Shown: one piece after another, positions 22,342 to 36,900 of the stretch
Layout: every line of letters begins with the position of its first letter
Numbering within the stretch: position 1 is the first letter of the stretch
NCBI GenBank assembly: GCA_965637545.1
Contig: OZ281500.1
Coordinates: 8,742,001-8,806,000, forward strand
Length of the DNA stretch: 64,000 bases
DNA from: Phallusia mammillata
Taxonomy: Eukaryota
Reading direction: 5' to 3'
The notes under the pieces: generated by a model
Told to the model about the DNA's origin: nothing
Database searches by the model: none
The model's input: only the letters and a program-made list of their open reading frames with translations
Made by a program: the position numbers and the translations under genes

Positions 22342-25300
22342 ATGACTGCTGATATTCAAAAGGATTTGGAGATGCATGGATGGTATGTTAATTATGTTAA
22401 TGTGTTGTTTTAACTGTACGCTGAGCTGAGGTAGATGTCAATGAGAAATTGGGAATGGTAACTTGTCGGTTATATTTGGTAACCTCTTAAACTGAGCCTT
22501 GTATACAAATCTGATTAGGCTGCTCTCCCAATTGTCTAGCCCAGGGGTCGGCAACCTTTTTTACCGCTTTTGAAACTGAAATTTTGTCGCGGACCGGTCT
22601 TCAAAAAACAACAACAAATATGTAGCAATGAAAACGCTTAAATTATGTATCTTTCCCGGGAGACATGGAAAAAATGTTTTGAGGCATTTAACCTAAAAAA
22701 GTGCTCGGCCTGGTACCACTGGTCTAGCCCAAGTCCCTGCAGAAGTATAATAATTGTTCGTGGTTTTCAAAAATGCATACAGTTAAAGTACCAAATAATC
22801 TGATTTCAGATATCTAAGCATTGTTGAGTGCAGGCTTACCCTGGGATAAGTAGGCTTGTAGTTTAAGACTGCACCATATTCAAAATTTGTTACTCTTAGT
22901 TTAGATGAATTAACATATCAGTTTATTAGACATATAATTTATAGGCATCTTAGTCAAGAGGGGATTGACATCTGCAAAGAAGAAATCAAAACAACCCACA
23001 ACAAGCCAGTTAAATGGCAGGACATAGAAAAAGCTGCACTAAATGTAGGTTTCAGTCTAAATGTTATTTGTGTGTTTTGTTTTGCTAGATCGAACCAGGG
23101 CTGTATTAAATTGTTTTGTTTAATTGCAAATACTGCTGTATGAAATTATTTGTGGTAATGTTTGTTATTGTGTTTTCAAATGTACCACACTTTGTGGGCA
23201 TAATAATAATAATTGGGGTTGGTTTTAGTTAGATCTTGGTGACATTGGTGAGAAGTTTTTCACTGAAGAATTTACAAAGGAGAAGCGAAGTGAGGTAAAA
23301 CAGTTTTGTCTCTTTCAATCAACCCAATAATTATGCTCAAAGTGGTTCTGTTCAGTTTACAGGACCTTGTGTGTTACAAGTGGTAAAAGTGCGCAATATA
23401 TCAGCTCCAAAAGCCAATGAGCAGTCCACTGGAGCCCCACGAATGTTGCATATACACCTTACTGATGGCCATAGGACTTGCATTGCTATTGAGAATGAGA
23501 AAATCAGCTCATTAAAGTAAGACATTTCAACAAACAAATCTTAGTTTGTGCACCTACAATCTTTAAAAAAAATCAATGAATTCCAGTTTAGAAATAGCAC
23601 CAGGCTCCAAACTCTGTTTGAAAGGAAAGATGGCCACTAGTTATGGAACAATTTTGTTAAACTCTCAAAATGCTGATTTACTTGGAGGGCGCGTTGACAG
23701 TTTGTACAACAAATGGATTGCTGCTAAGGTAGAAGATCACATCTTACTTACTTGATTTAATATCAAGTTAAATGCATATAACCTAAATTGATTACAACTA
23801 TTGTATATATTATTGTTTTGTTAGGAAGCAAGTGGGTATACTCGCAGCATTGGTGAATCAGATGACACGCCTCCACCTTTTGTAAATTTTGGAAAGGTAA
23901 ATAGATGAATCCAACTTATAATAGGCCGTGCATGCCAATGGTTTGACACGTGCTTTTCCATGAGTCATCAATTTAAAGGATAATTATTGCCAGAGAATAA
24001 CCTACAAGTACAAAAGCAACACACCCTCACTGGAAAAGTCCGACCAGACAAATGATGATGCAAAGGAATTTAATGAGCAACGACAAGCAGCTATTGCAGA
24101 AGTTCAGAAATCCAAAACTGATGCATCAGGAAAGGTTTTTTCAACTGGGATAAACAAGACCACAATACGTAATTGTCTAAAATTTTTATTCCATTGTTTG
24201 TTTTATTTTATTTTGAGAGGTTACATAACTATATATTTATCCACTGAAAAGAACTAGTTTTTGTGTTTTGTATGTAGCAACAAACACGTCCTACCATCAA
24301 AGACAACCAGAAAAGTCTGAGGTTTATCGAGATGTTGCCACCACTTCACACAAGGTATAAAAATCACTATTGTCATGATTGTTCCACAGAATAAGCTAGC
24401 TTTGGTAAGTTTAGGTGTTAAATAACAATTAGTAATAAAACTTACAACTAAGGCAAGTTTGTATTTGGGAAACCTTTTCATGTCTAACATATTTATTTTA
24501 ATGTGATAAGAACCCTTCTCTGGATGAAAACCTCTGTGATCAGTTGGTTCAAATGGGATTTGAACGTCAGCCTGCATCCAAAGCGTTGCTCGCTTCTAAC
24601 AACAGTTTGGAACGTGCTTTGGAACACTTGGTAACGTCAAATGACAAACCTAACGTGCGGGAAACGAGGTCAGGAGACCGGGCGGACCGGGGAAGACGTG
24701 GTTTGTCACTTCTTTTAATTTTCCAGTCATGCATCTTCATTGTAAAGGTTCTCTTTGCTTTGTTTAAACCACACCGCCAACGTATGTTTGAACCTAATTG
24801 CCGCATACCTAATAGCCATTTACATAGCTTTAATTATGGGTCCCCTTCCCTGAAGGGGACACATATTGTTTTTGTCTATATTTTTTTCCCGTCTAACACT
24901 GATTTGTTCCCATGTTTTGGTCAATAAAGAATGGTTCAAACTTTTTCAAATTTACACACATTGTAGATATTGGTCTAAAGAGGGTCCATGTGAATTTTGA
25001 CCCCGTTTGATCCCTCGGTTCACCCACAGCCCCCCCAAAACGTGAAATTTTTGAAACAAGTACTTCATTTAGGAGTTATATGCTTTGTTGTTTGGTGCAA
25101 TATATGGTATTTCAAAGAATTTTGTACCTTAAAAAAAGATTTACCCATTTTCATCCCTTAAACCCCAAAATATTCGTTTCTGTCTAACGCTGGTTTGTTA
25201 AATGCGTTTGGTCAAGAAAGAGTGCTTTAAATTTATTTAAATTTGTTCAGATGTTAGTTATTGTTCCGAATTCTCCTGAAGTTTGACCCCAAATGACCCA

Positions 25301-28300
25301 GCGGTTCACCCACAGGCCCCCAAAACGAAAAAAATAAAAAGTACATAATCTGAGGGTTTCATGCTTTGTTGGTTGGTGCAATGTAAGCTATTCTAAAGAA
25401 TTTTGTAACCTTTTATTGGATTCACCCATTTTTACCCCTTAAACCCCAAAATAATAAGTTTTAGGCCAGAAATACAAGCCCTAATATGTTGAAATGTTAA
25501 ACAATTCTTTGCAGTAGGTTATTCGTTTAGTATTTAAAAATTTGCCTTAATCGCCCAAATAGTTATTTTTACAGCCCATAATATGTGTACACTGTGAGTC
25601 AGATAGAAGTCTCAACTCTCAAGGTAGTAATTCACTTGTTTACGATTAAGGCGGGTGAATGCAGCGGGAGTGCTCAGCTTAACGTCTGGACGGGCGTTTT
25701 AGACAGTCGTGTTGGTGATTAGAAATCAGCTGTTTTTGCGCAGCTATGCTATGTCGTTTTATTAAGTTATCAAGCACATTTTTAGTTTTGGAAAATTGTG
25801 TTTAAAAACTGACCTTGAACGACAATATCAAGGTCAAACCATGAGAAAAAAATGATAGTATTTATCCTGTTCTTATTTACTGTTTTTTGTAATTATATAT
25901 ATGACAATGATGATGCAAAAAGAATACGGACAAAACTTTTAAAGTTGGTTTAAGGCTAAAGTTGGTTAAGTTTTTCCGTAATAATCTAAAAATAACCAGG
26001 ATGTTAGTTTACCATAAGGCCGCACAAACGCGCGTGTGGGGACCCATTCGTTTTTGCTTGCAAAAACAATCATATGTGTTGATCAAATGATGTGTATAGT
26101 AAATTGGTAAATATCTAACAATGATTGTGCCCTATTTTTACTGTTACCAAATCGCATATGCATATGTGTGGGGACCCATTAAATTATGCTTGCAGAAACA
26201 ATTATGTTATAAAGGGCCAGGAAAAAGATGAAATGTAGGTGCCAAATATATATCCATTATAAACATAGTAAATGGTATATGTGATACATCGTTAAATATG
26301 ATGTAGTATATATAAGCTGGCAATATATAGGAAAACCACTATTCTAGTTATTTATCCCAAATTAGGTAAGATTTGAAACAAAACGTTTTGTTTGACAGGT
26401 GGTCGTGGTAGAAACAGACGAGGTAGGAATGATGACGACGCAGGGGAGGAACATAGACAATCCTCCAATGCAACCTTGTTCGACTTTCTGGAAACCAAAT
26501 TTGCCAAACAGCCTGCGCAGAAAAGTAAGGTTTTGCTAATTCCGAAACAATACAATAGGTTATTGGTTAAACAATAGACAGTAATTTCTTTTCATGCAGA
26601 GAGCGCTTCGAGTTCAGGCCAGAATTATCGAGGGCCAATTCGGCGCAACGATGGAGATAACAATAACGACGACGAACAGTTGCAAGACGAATATATTATG
26701 GAATATGTCCGTGAATTGAGTTTAGTGGAGACTAGAGGAGGGGGCAGTGACATGGAGAAGGGTCGCCAAAACAAAAATCCCCGAGATGAAGGTAACCGGG
26801 AGAGAAGGGGAAAGGAAGGGGGGCGATTTGACAAGTCTCGCGATGCCCCACGTTTTAACGACACGTCGAATACGAATAAAAGGTAAAAGAAATGTATGCC
26901 CAAAACGAGTATATGTGTTGCGAAATCGCAAGTTTGTTTGAAACTCAAATCATACCTTGACCTTAACGTGCATTCACATTTGTTGCTTTTTGAATCCTAG
27001 AAACTCGTTCCGGGGCGAAGGCAGAGGCGGTCGAGGACGCGGTCAGAAATATCACAGTAATCGAGATTCCAATGATAGAAGACCGAACGGGTACAGGGGC
27101 GAAAACGAAGAGCGTTTTTCACGTTTCGAGTCGGACTTGAATGCGAATGTAACCGGACAAAAACGGGGCAAATCATACAGAAACGCCCGTGGAAGCAGAA
27201 TGGACAACGGCCAACCACCTGTCGATTGGCGAGACGATGTGGATGAAATCTCAAGACGTGGGCAGGACAGATTACCACCTGAACAGCAATTACGGGACCC
27301 CGGGCCCGGAGGAAATTATCACCGAAGTCAGCGGGAAAGGCAAAGCGATGTACCACCACGGTTTAGAAAAAATCAACCATATCAGGTACACTGCTCCTGC
27401 CAATGTATTTAAATTGAATTCGCAGAAAGTGCGTTTTAGTACGGGCATTGTAGTGAACTTAGGTTTGAGAAAATATGTAGCACAAATGCCACGTGTTGGC
27501 ATTAATCTATACATGGGCTGTTGAGATTAATATTCTGCTCCACATCTGTAACTTTTTTAAATTATTATTGGAGCAATACAAGAGCATAAATGCACAGATC
27601 AAGAACAAACTTGACAGAACTTGTATATAGTGAACTTATTGTATTGCCTAAGTTTCAACAATGGCTGTAGTTATCATCAGTACAAAGCTTTTATTCACTG
27701 TAAGTCCTCTTGATATTTTGTTTTTGGTCTGTGCTTTTAATGTTTAGAACTATTCAGAAAGAGGACTTAGAAACATATTGTGTTTTAACATTTTCTTGGT
27801 AGAACAAATTCCCATCTGAGGACCAGGAAAATCACCAACGTTATGAACGTGGAAACTATAATCCAGAAAGTAGGCAGGAAAAATATCCAAGATCCCACCC
27901 GGAACAGAAAAGAGGGTTAACTCTTGCCGATACTGCCAAACAAATTAAGCCAAGTGAAACTCAACCTGCAAAACAATCGTACCAACAGCCGCGTAACAAC
28001 GGAAATCGTCAATCAAACCACAGAATGAAAGAAAATGCGCGAGTATCGGGATGGAAAAAGGGAGCGCATTGCAAGGCTAAATACTGGGAAGATGGCCAGG
28101 TAAAAAATAATACTTTAAAAAACATGCTTATCACAATTTATTATACGCTTTACACGCATCCAGAAAGATGTAGACCCGTAAACAGTTTTTTACAGTTTGA
28201 AATCAAACGAGTATGCCTTTCATTTTTCCTTTGTCTTTTGCGCTAAATGTGAAACAGGAACAGTAAAAGTTTATCCAAGGTGAACTACAGCGCTATTACT

Positions 28301-28638
28301 TTGTAGTATCACGATGCTGTTGTTGTCGACGTTCATGCGGAACTTCCTTATGCTGTGGTTGAGTATCTGGGATATGGAAACTGCGAGGAAGTTGCTTTTG
28401 AAGACATGACACCTGCTAATCACGAGGTACATAAACAATTCTCATGCAACATTTTTTTACACAATATAAAAAACATCGCTTTCAGATTGCAAAACACCAT
28501 GTCGGTGGTGGAGATCAGATTGTAACCCAGGAATTCAGAAGACGGCGTGGACCAAACCAAGGTGCACAAAACAAACGTGCACCCAATCGACCAACGCAAA
28601 AACTGTACGAGCTGCCGTCACACAAACAGCCATCTTAA
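22342..28638 (+). CDS. TDRD3: Tudor domain-containing protein 3 (OB-fold, UBA, Tudor, C-terminal EJC-binding motif); about 15 coding exons
   Basis: Spliced by hand: MTADIQKDLEMHGW|HLSQEGIDICKEE...AALN|LDLGDIGEKF...|FTGPCVLQVVKVRNISAPKANEQSTGAPRMLHIHLTDGH...|...PPPFVNFGK; UBA region QLVQMGFERQPASKALLASNNSLERALEHL; ATLFDFLETKF; Tudor WKKGAHCKAKYWEDGQ|YHDAVVVDVH...VVEYLGYGNCEEV; end RPTQKLYELPSHKQPS*. The introns I traced have GT-AG boundaries. Confidence 0.93.
22542..22721. mobile_element. Degenerate hAT MITE in a TDRD3 intron
   Basis: Left TIR caggggtcggcaacc and a decayed right end (..accactg). TSD gtctagcc at 22534-22541 and 22722-22729. Confidence 0.75.
24835..25460. repeat. Intronic element with a 5' hairpin and two diverged ~291-bp tandem copies (Helentron/HINE-like)
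   Basis: Hairpin gtccccttc-cct-gaaggggac (24840-24860), then copies starting gtctaac at 24891 and 25182 that share cggttcacccacag, atgctttgttg.ttggtgcaat and ccccttaaaccccaaaata. Confidence 0.65.
25800..26348. repeat. Dispersed repeat, copy 2 (homologous to 15680-16287)
   Basis: tgaccttga...tcaaggtca, ggacaaaacttttaaag and tgtggggacccatt..gcttgca motifs. It ends ttctagtt. Confidence 0.6.
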
Positions 28639-31600
28639 ATTGAGTTCTTGCTCTTGGGGGAAACACGCCGAAAATTCGATGTTTGTTTAATGGGCCGCTA
28701 GATGTCGCCAGAAAGTCGTTTTCTACTGAGAGTAACGGCGCCGTGTTTCAGCTACAGCATATCATAAAGACTGTTCTTCTCTCGAACCGAAAGGCCTTTA
28801 TTCAAACAACAAATTCTACATACCCTAAAAGTTTCATTCATACGAAAGACTTTGTTGTAATTTTTGTACAGGTGCTGCTAGTATACTGTGATTTTCAAAA
28901 ACATTTTGCGATTTGAGATGAGTCTTTGCAAAGTTTTACAACCGAATTCGCTGTAAAATTGATTCATACTGTCCGATTGTTTTTGTATTTAGGTGGTAGT
29001 TGATTGTTGCTGTTATACATGTCCAATAAAGTAGTGCCACGATTTTTCATTAATCGTGTGTATGATTGTCTGTGGATGGGATTCTCATGTATAGGAAACA
29101 AAGCCACAATACATTCCTCAGAATGCTTGAAAACTGTCATACGATACGTTGATTGCACCAAATCTGATATAACTTGACAAAATTATTTTTCAGACTCGTT
29201 CCTCTATTTTGCCCCGCGTTCTGTGTCTGGTTTTTATATACCGCCTTTAAAAGGGTTTAAAGAGTGCCTACAAAAAACTATCAAATTTCACGCTAAAGGG
29301 TACAATACTCCCGCTTTGGATAAATACCAGGCAGTGGGCTTTGTGTAGTTTATCAGCGGTTTGGTTCATCAGTGTGCGAGCGTTTATAGAGTATACATCA
29401 CAATAGGTTGGTTATCAGATACACAAGTTCCAGTTCCTTAATGTATGATTTGTTGTCTTGAAAAGAGCGCAGTCCTCCGGTGATTGTGGATGTGGGAATT
29501 GAGAATCAGTTTAGGTTTGAGGACAACGTTGTATAGCCTACTAGATTCAAGTGAAATGTTTCAGATCAAAAGCTTGGCCTTAGACGGACCGTTAACGTTT
29601 ATATGCAGTACTTTTCTAAATTAGTACATGTAATCTTATGAATAAATGTATGGACAAAGTAAATCTGAAAACTTTCCGTTGTATTTTATGCATTCACGAG
29701 TCACCAGATATTCAGTATCAGGGATGGAGACAACAGCCGCATATAATTAACAAACTGGAAAAGTCTGAACCCATCCACCGTTTATTTAGGACGTATATTA
29801 TGCAGAAGTAGTATAGGCATTATCAATGTTTAAAGACACCAAAGATTGTGATTTAACGAGTAACATTTGGAAGTAGTTAATTCGGAAATGATCATAAGAA
29901 AGTTACCTTAGTCAAAATCCGTTGACACTTTTCACATAGGTCTACTATTTCAAAAGTCTACAACAGTTATTCGTACATGGTAAATGTGAGATCCCAAATC
30001 CCCACTGATAAAAAAGATACGCCACACTTTCTATCTATGTCGGAAAGTCCAAACAATCAGTTTTAATTGATCGATTCTGTGCACAGTGCCCCTCTCGAAA
30101 TAAGATCTTGAAAGTGTTGTTGACGTAATAGTGCTGAAGTGGGGTGTCCTATTGTAATTGAGATTGACGGTGTGAGTCACTCAAAAAAACTTTATGCAAC
30201 GAAGTATCGAAGAAAGTGGATTCGATAATAATTTAGTTTGATCTGATTAAATATTTATAAGAGGTCCTAAGAAAGTTACTCAGATTTCGGCAAAATTTCC
30301 CGCTGGTATCGAGTGAACAATGCACACTACCGGTTCTATTACGTGCCGGGCGATATTACGTCATTTATCCGAATAGTATAGTTACACAGTCGCATTCCGG
30401 ATTGTCAACAACACAAAGGAGAGATAGTACGGAAGACTGCAACACACTAAACTAGTCCTGAAACAAAGGATGGAATGTGGCCTTTCGCACGGCCTTAGAA
30501 AGCGAAACTTTTAGCTTTGTCGGTCGTGAAATGATCGAGCTCTCGCTACCGGACTTGATATGTTTACTCCGCTGTGTGGCGGCGCTATTTCTTTGCGTAT
30601 TGAAGGGCCATTGGTCCTTTCGCGCTTAGTTAACCCGTAACTGGGCGAAAAAGGCCAAAGCGACGAGTGCGCTTGAACTGGCACTCGCGCACAGTCTTCT
30701 AATTTTGCCCGTTCCACGCTCGAGGACGCAACTGCACGAGTGCCATTGTTGATTTTTAAATTTTTTACTTGCTGGGCTCATTACCGATCGACTGGTGTTG
30801 CTCTCTTTACTACGCCTTTGGTCTAACTTGGCAACGCTGCTAATCAGGGAGATTTAAGTGGCAGTGGACATTGTTTCAAGTGTAGTGGAAGTTGCGTGCT
30901 ATTGACAATTGTGACGCTTGTCGTGGATGCTCCTCGCTGTATTTAGTGACCATGTGACAACAAAATGTAGAAAAGTTTTAAAAAGCACAAGGTTAAAGGG
31001 GGTAAAGGACGTTTAAGTTGAGAATCTCAAGCGTGTTTTCTGCGTGGTTTTGAGCAGGATTAGTGAGGTACATATTTGTCGTGTCGTTTTTTGTCCATCT
31101 GCAACGACGAGAATTCGTAATTTGTCGCCAGAGTAGTAATTTACGGTGTCCGTAAGCTAGCAGAACAGATCATCGTTTTTGTTCCTGTTGTGAACAAATC
31201 GGTACAGTTGAGAACATTTGTGCTGTGTAGGCGTAGGGTATATATCGCTTTAAACAGAACAAAGGGAGTCAAACAGAGTCGCCTGCTCTTTTCGTCCATA
31301 TACACGTAATAATAATGTATGATTTAGTCAACACACCCAGAAGTATAATCCATTTGGTGATTTCACATGATTTTTAGTCGTTGCCGTGCGACAAAACCTT
31401 TGTATGTCGACCATAATGACAACGCTACGTTGACAGTGAATGCCGTTTGTGAAACTAAACGTTGTTTTACACACCGCCTGCGTGCCAACAACTTCCAAAT
31501 AGTCCTTTCACAATCATCGAGGTAATCGTTTAGGGAGCAGATTTAGGGCGAATGGGGGAAACGTATGCCTGTGTGGGGAAATGCCTTGAAAAGGTGTTGT

Positions 31601-33942
31601 TTTTGCAAAGACCATTACGGCGCCCAAACTGTCAAAACAACACGCGACGAAAAATCACGCGTTTATCTCAAGAACCTTGAAATATAATTTCCAATGAGGG
31701 ACTTTGGGAGATCCGTTTTTGCTTTCTCGTTGAGTGCACTGTGCCGGTGAGAGCACATTATGTACTTTATAGTTAAGCGAACAAGCGCGAGTACTTCCAG
31801 ACATAACGAGGTGCACAAACGAATATAAATCGTCACCTAACCCTTATCGTTAATTAGGTGCAGTCTACTGAAATTACGGAAGCACTGCCAAGTACTGCTA
31901 TAATTTCTGGAACGAGGAAAGTGTGGCGTGGACTTGAGGCGAACTTACCACTAATTGGACCACTTGCCCACCAATCCTCCAAAGACCAATTATGGCGGCA
32001 ATACGCCGTTTCAATATCGGAAAATGGCAGGCCAGTTGACATTTCATAAATCGCATCAAGCAGGATCAAGCAGTCGAGCGTAGTTTCCTAAACATGCAGT
32101 AAAATCACCATAATAAAATGTAAAGGCAAAGTTAGGACACGTACAGTTTTATTGTGAATAATTTAGTTCAGCTGAATATCTTGTAACTGTGGTGAAAATG
32201 CTACGTTTTAACTTCTAGTATTTGGCAGTTAGAAACTTTTATGTCATAATTAAGTTAGCTAAGTTTTTTTTAGCGGCAGGATCTTCTGAAATGTTACGAG
32301 TGCGTATATTGGGTGGCATACGACTTCACGTTCGGCTAGTCGCAATGTCAACAGGCTCGTGTTTGACATCTATTGAGTCGTGTGTTTGCGTGGATTCTTT
32401 TTAAGTCACCTTATCGCCATCCAGAAGTTATGATTGGCTGTGTTTGCTGCACAACATAGTTTAAAGCCCCGCTTTTGTGCCTCTGATCCGGTTCGAGGGC
32501 GAACCGCCCTTTGTTCGGGGTTGACGCAAAGACAAACAGCAGCGACGGAAAGAAAAGCGAAGTATCAACAATATTCGAGCCTCCGGTTACCGCAGTGTCT
32601 GTCCGGTCGAACTTGATACCGAGGTTATATGCGAGGCGAGAGCCCAAATTGCTCGTGGATTGATAGATTGTTGCGGGATTATTGAGCGTGATGTTCGGGT
32701 CGTGTGGCCATTGTTTATTTACATTGACCACGCCGCAGTCAAACTGTGCCCCGAGGTTAATGGAATTCTACCCGAGTGGTTCGAAAAGTGTGTTTAATCA
32801 TCACAATTTGCCAATCATGTTTATCGTCGTATTATTACCAGGCGTTTGTAGAAAATTTAGTGCGAAGTCGGAGCATATTGAAAAAAGGGTATTATTGTTG
32901 TCAGTAAGACAGTCATATACTGTTTTCTTGTCGTAGTTTTCGGTTCACTATTACTGTAAAAAGCAGAAATAGGGTTACAGAGGCAGAAAAATCAGATGTC
33001 ACAATTAGTTCATGATAGCTTGTCTTGGACAGTGCGACAGTGGTCATTCCATCAGCGCGAGGATTAATCCCGCAGCGAGAAAAAAGAGACTGACTGTGTC
33101 GGACTGTGTTTGTGGGTCGCGAGTCGCCAGTGATCAGTATAACATGAGCAGCGAACGGCAACAACTTTCAGGTGGATACTAATATCAGGTTACAATCTTG
33201 CTTGCATGGTGTTGAGGAATAGCGCAAGGTGTTCTAGAAAAGAGTCAACAGCGATGCTTTTAGATTGGTCTCGTGGGAAAATATGCGCAATTAGGAAACG
33301 TGGCATCGATAAGAAATTACGAGGATAAAAATTGAAACTTTGTAGCACGTTGGAATGAGTGAGCTGTGCCGTCCATGTTTTGACAGCGCGAGCTTTATAT
33401 CAGCCAATTAAACTAATTACCGATTTTGCTGTTTGATGCAAGAGAGCGCAAGATCCTTGGGATTAGTTTGCGGGAAGCTGCTGCAGCGATCAGGGCGACA
33501 TGTCAAAATGTTGCTACGATGATGTTTTACCATCCCGCTTTGCGGCGTACGGCGACGTGTTAGGCCGTACGGCACTTAGTGCAACAACTTAATTGCCAGC
33601 GTGGAATTCGTTTAATACAGAGTTTCTCGTCCGTGCCTTGGTACCTCCTGGTACTGGCTGTGGTGCGTTTGACCACTGCGGTTAAAGCGACTGACTGTTT
33701 GTAATTAATTTCCGACATATTCGTGTATTACGTTGTACATAAATAACGCTAATTTCGTTTTATCTTGCCGCTCCAGGGTCCGTATACCGCGAATTGTAAG
33801 GACAATATCATAAGGTGAAATATGACCCGAAAGTGATTTTTCTGTCGGTCATGCCCATTGCAAGTGGAGCTAATACACAGAAACGATCTGAGTGCTGCTT
33901 ACGAGTTGCACTTCTGCGGCGTCTATTTTGACAAACGCCAAC

Positions 33943-36900
33943 ATGCTACCTCATCACAAACTCATTATTGGACTATTACTTGGATTATGCTGTGTAAAGA
34001 ACTGTCTGGGCGTAACCTTTTCAATCAGGGAGGAATTAGAAGGATCACATAGTCTTGGTTTCATCGGAGTCACCCCAGGCCACACTTACCGGTAAACTAA
34101 ACGAATTTGTTTTGTTTTACAAGCCAAATGAGTTAAAAAAAGTATTGTGCAGTTGACCGTTGTTGATTTAATGTCTAAAAGTTTAATGTCGGTTACATTG
34201 TTATTAGACTTTTATTTGATAAAAAGCTTTCCACAACGGTATATGGGTATGCGATATAGCCTGTTGATAAACAATCAAGGATATTCACACAACACCTCTT
34301 GGGTCGCTGTCAAATAAGTTAATACGCATCGAAACTGTATAAATGAAAGATAGCGCAATGAATATTTCATGGCTATTCGACGGCAAGCGATCATGACAGG
34401 CGCCGTACAATGTCAATCACATTACGAGAGTGCTTTCCGTGTGTCGCAAGGCTAAAAGCGGAAATTGCCCGCTACAAAGTTGGTTTGCCAAAGAAATGCG
34501 ATCGACTGAATTTTCAATGAACTTTCCGGCCGAAGCGCGAATAGAGTTTCGGGGCCCAAAGTGCGGGGATATTGGCCGGTGAAGAGAGGCGCGAAAATCC
34601 GATCGATTGCATGCGCTGCGTAATAACACGAGTGCCGAGAAAATTGATATCACGGCCAATCCTTTGTGACCGACTTTGATTTTCTGCTACGTCGAATCAA
34701 CTGCCCGCTCCCAGATGCCTGCCGACATTTTGACCCGACAGGGGGAAAGATAATAATTAAGCGCGTGACTATAACCAATCTACTGCCCTTCCAATGCTCT
34801 AAGCATATGGCGCAATGGGGAATTGATTTATACCTGCCTTTTATGAGCATTTGCGAAACAAAACGTTGCGTCAATATGGTTAAACAAATGTTGTCACTGC
34901 AACTTGGCCTTTCGTTAAGCTGTATCACATGTTGCATAGGATTGGTGGACAGCGATTTTAAAATCGGCGCTTGCGGCTATGTCCATTCCGATGTCAACAG
35001 TTCGACCTTCGCGGTATTAGCGATTTGTGCGACACGCAAACCTACCAAAATAGCAGCGTCATAGAAAAGCGCCTTACAGGCCTTTTAACAAACTAGTAGG
35101 TTCGTGTTGTGTTTGTGACCGTTAATCTTATATCGTCGTGACTAATACGTAGGCCAAGAACTAACCGCGACGTTTCTCCAGATTAAATCCACCCAACAGT
35201 CTGTTTTGGCTAAACGGGGTCACCGGAGAATTGTGGGCTAATAAAACCATCGATCGGGAGGCGCTTAATAGTGATGTCATCAAGCTTTTCGCTGTAGCGG
35301 ACTCGTCAGCACCGGCGCCCATTGAAATTGAAGTCACAGTCATCGATATCAACGACAATGATCCCACGTTTTTACCTGTTTCTGTTACTCTGGAAATACC
35401 AGAGAACACAGACGCTGGGACAAATGTAAGTTATACACTTTTACTCACAGGAAAACACATTTGTTCATAATTTGAGGTGATTAAATATAAATTGAATTTA
35501 GTACATTTTGTCGACGGCTACCGATGCCGATGGGCCTGATAATGGGATATCTGCGAATTACACGATCATCGGCGACACTGACAAATTTATGTTGGTCATT
35601 GATTCCTCTCCTGGAGATCAAACCTTGGTCTACTTGAGAACCTTGACCGAGTTCAACAGGGAAGACCAGGTTAGTGTTTTTGTCCTAAATTTCCCAGTAA
35701 AACGGTTTCACTGCAGTCAAAATATGTTGCAACCATTTGAAAGATAAAATTTGATTCGTCATATTTTTCCATTATTTTGATTCAAACGTGTTATATGATC
35801 AGGATCATTACACCCTGAACATATCGGCGACCGACGACGGAACACCTCCACGACATGGTTACCTCACTGTATCCGTCACAATATTAGATAGAAATGACAA
35901 CACTCCGACTTTTGATATAAGCGCCTACACAGCCACGGTCCAGGAAAATGCAACTCTTGATTCAGAAGTCATCGTGGTTCACGCTTCTGACACAGATCAG
36001 GTAATTTGGTCATAACATTTAAACAAAGGTTTCATGCATTTTATAAGAACAACCGGAACTATTTTGTTAGGGTGACAACGGAGTCGTCAGCTACAGAATT
36101 GATCCCAACTCTGCCTCGGCCGCGTTCTTTGCTATAAACTCCACGACAGGAGTAGTTACCTTAAAATCGCCACTGGATTACGAGACCCAAGACGTTCATT
36201 ACGTGACTTTGGAGGCCTTCGATGGGGGCGAGTCTTCCTTGTTTGCCCAAGCGCTACTGACTGTCTCAGTTGGAAACGTGAACGATAACGATCCAGAGAT
36301 TACCAACTTAAGGTAAATACCCATCATTTTGGTAAACATATCAAGAAAGCATTGACAATTCAGAAGTGTGCACACATTAGAAAAATAAGGATGTTTGTTG
36401 AAACGTTTGCATTGAAATTTTGTTTCCAGATATTTTCCAACCGCTGCCAGCATTGCATCAGTGGACGACAAGGCCACCGCCGGTACGAATGTGGCTTTAA
36501 TTACAGTTTCGGACAAGGACAACAAACGACCCAGTGACGGAAGTTTGTCGCTAAACATTGTTCAAGGAAACGAGCTAGGACATTTCCGACTGCTCAGCAT
36601 TGGAAACGGCAACACCGGTTTGTTGCAGGTGAGTGATTGGCCTTCTAATACACTCAATAGCTTGATCATTCCTTGACACAGCTTTAACGTTACTTTCAGG
36701 TGATTGGAGGTATAAACAGACAAAGTGTTCCACTGTACGACCTGCGGATTCGTGTACAAGATGATGGGGCACCTTTCGCGCGATTTGCTTACCAAAACAT
36801 TAAAATTATTGTAAATTCGGCCAATGACCATAGCCCAGTATTTTCCGACCAACCCTACACGTCTCTACTATCAGAGTTGACTCCCATTGGTTCTTGTGTG

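Noticed and set aside
32411-32731. 106-aa minus-strand ORF upstream of FAT4
   Set aside because: No recognisable domain, no supporting neighbouring exons, and a length expected by chance in GC-richer DNA.
34666-35064. 132-aa + strand ORF as FAT4 first exon
   Set aside because: The real signal-peptide exon (33943-34091) splices in frame to 35183. This ORF is intronic and has no cadherin features.
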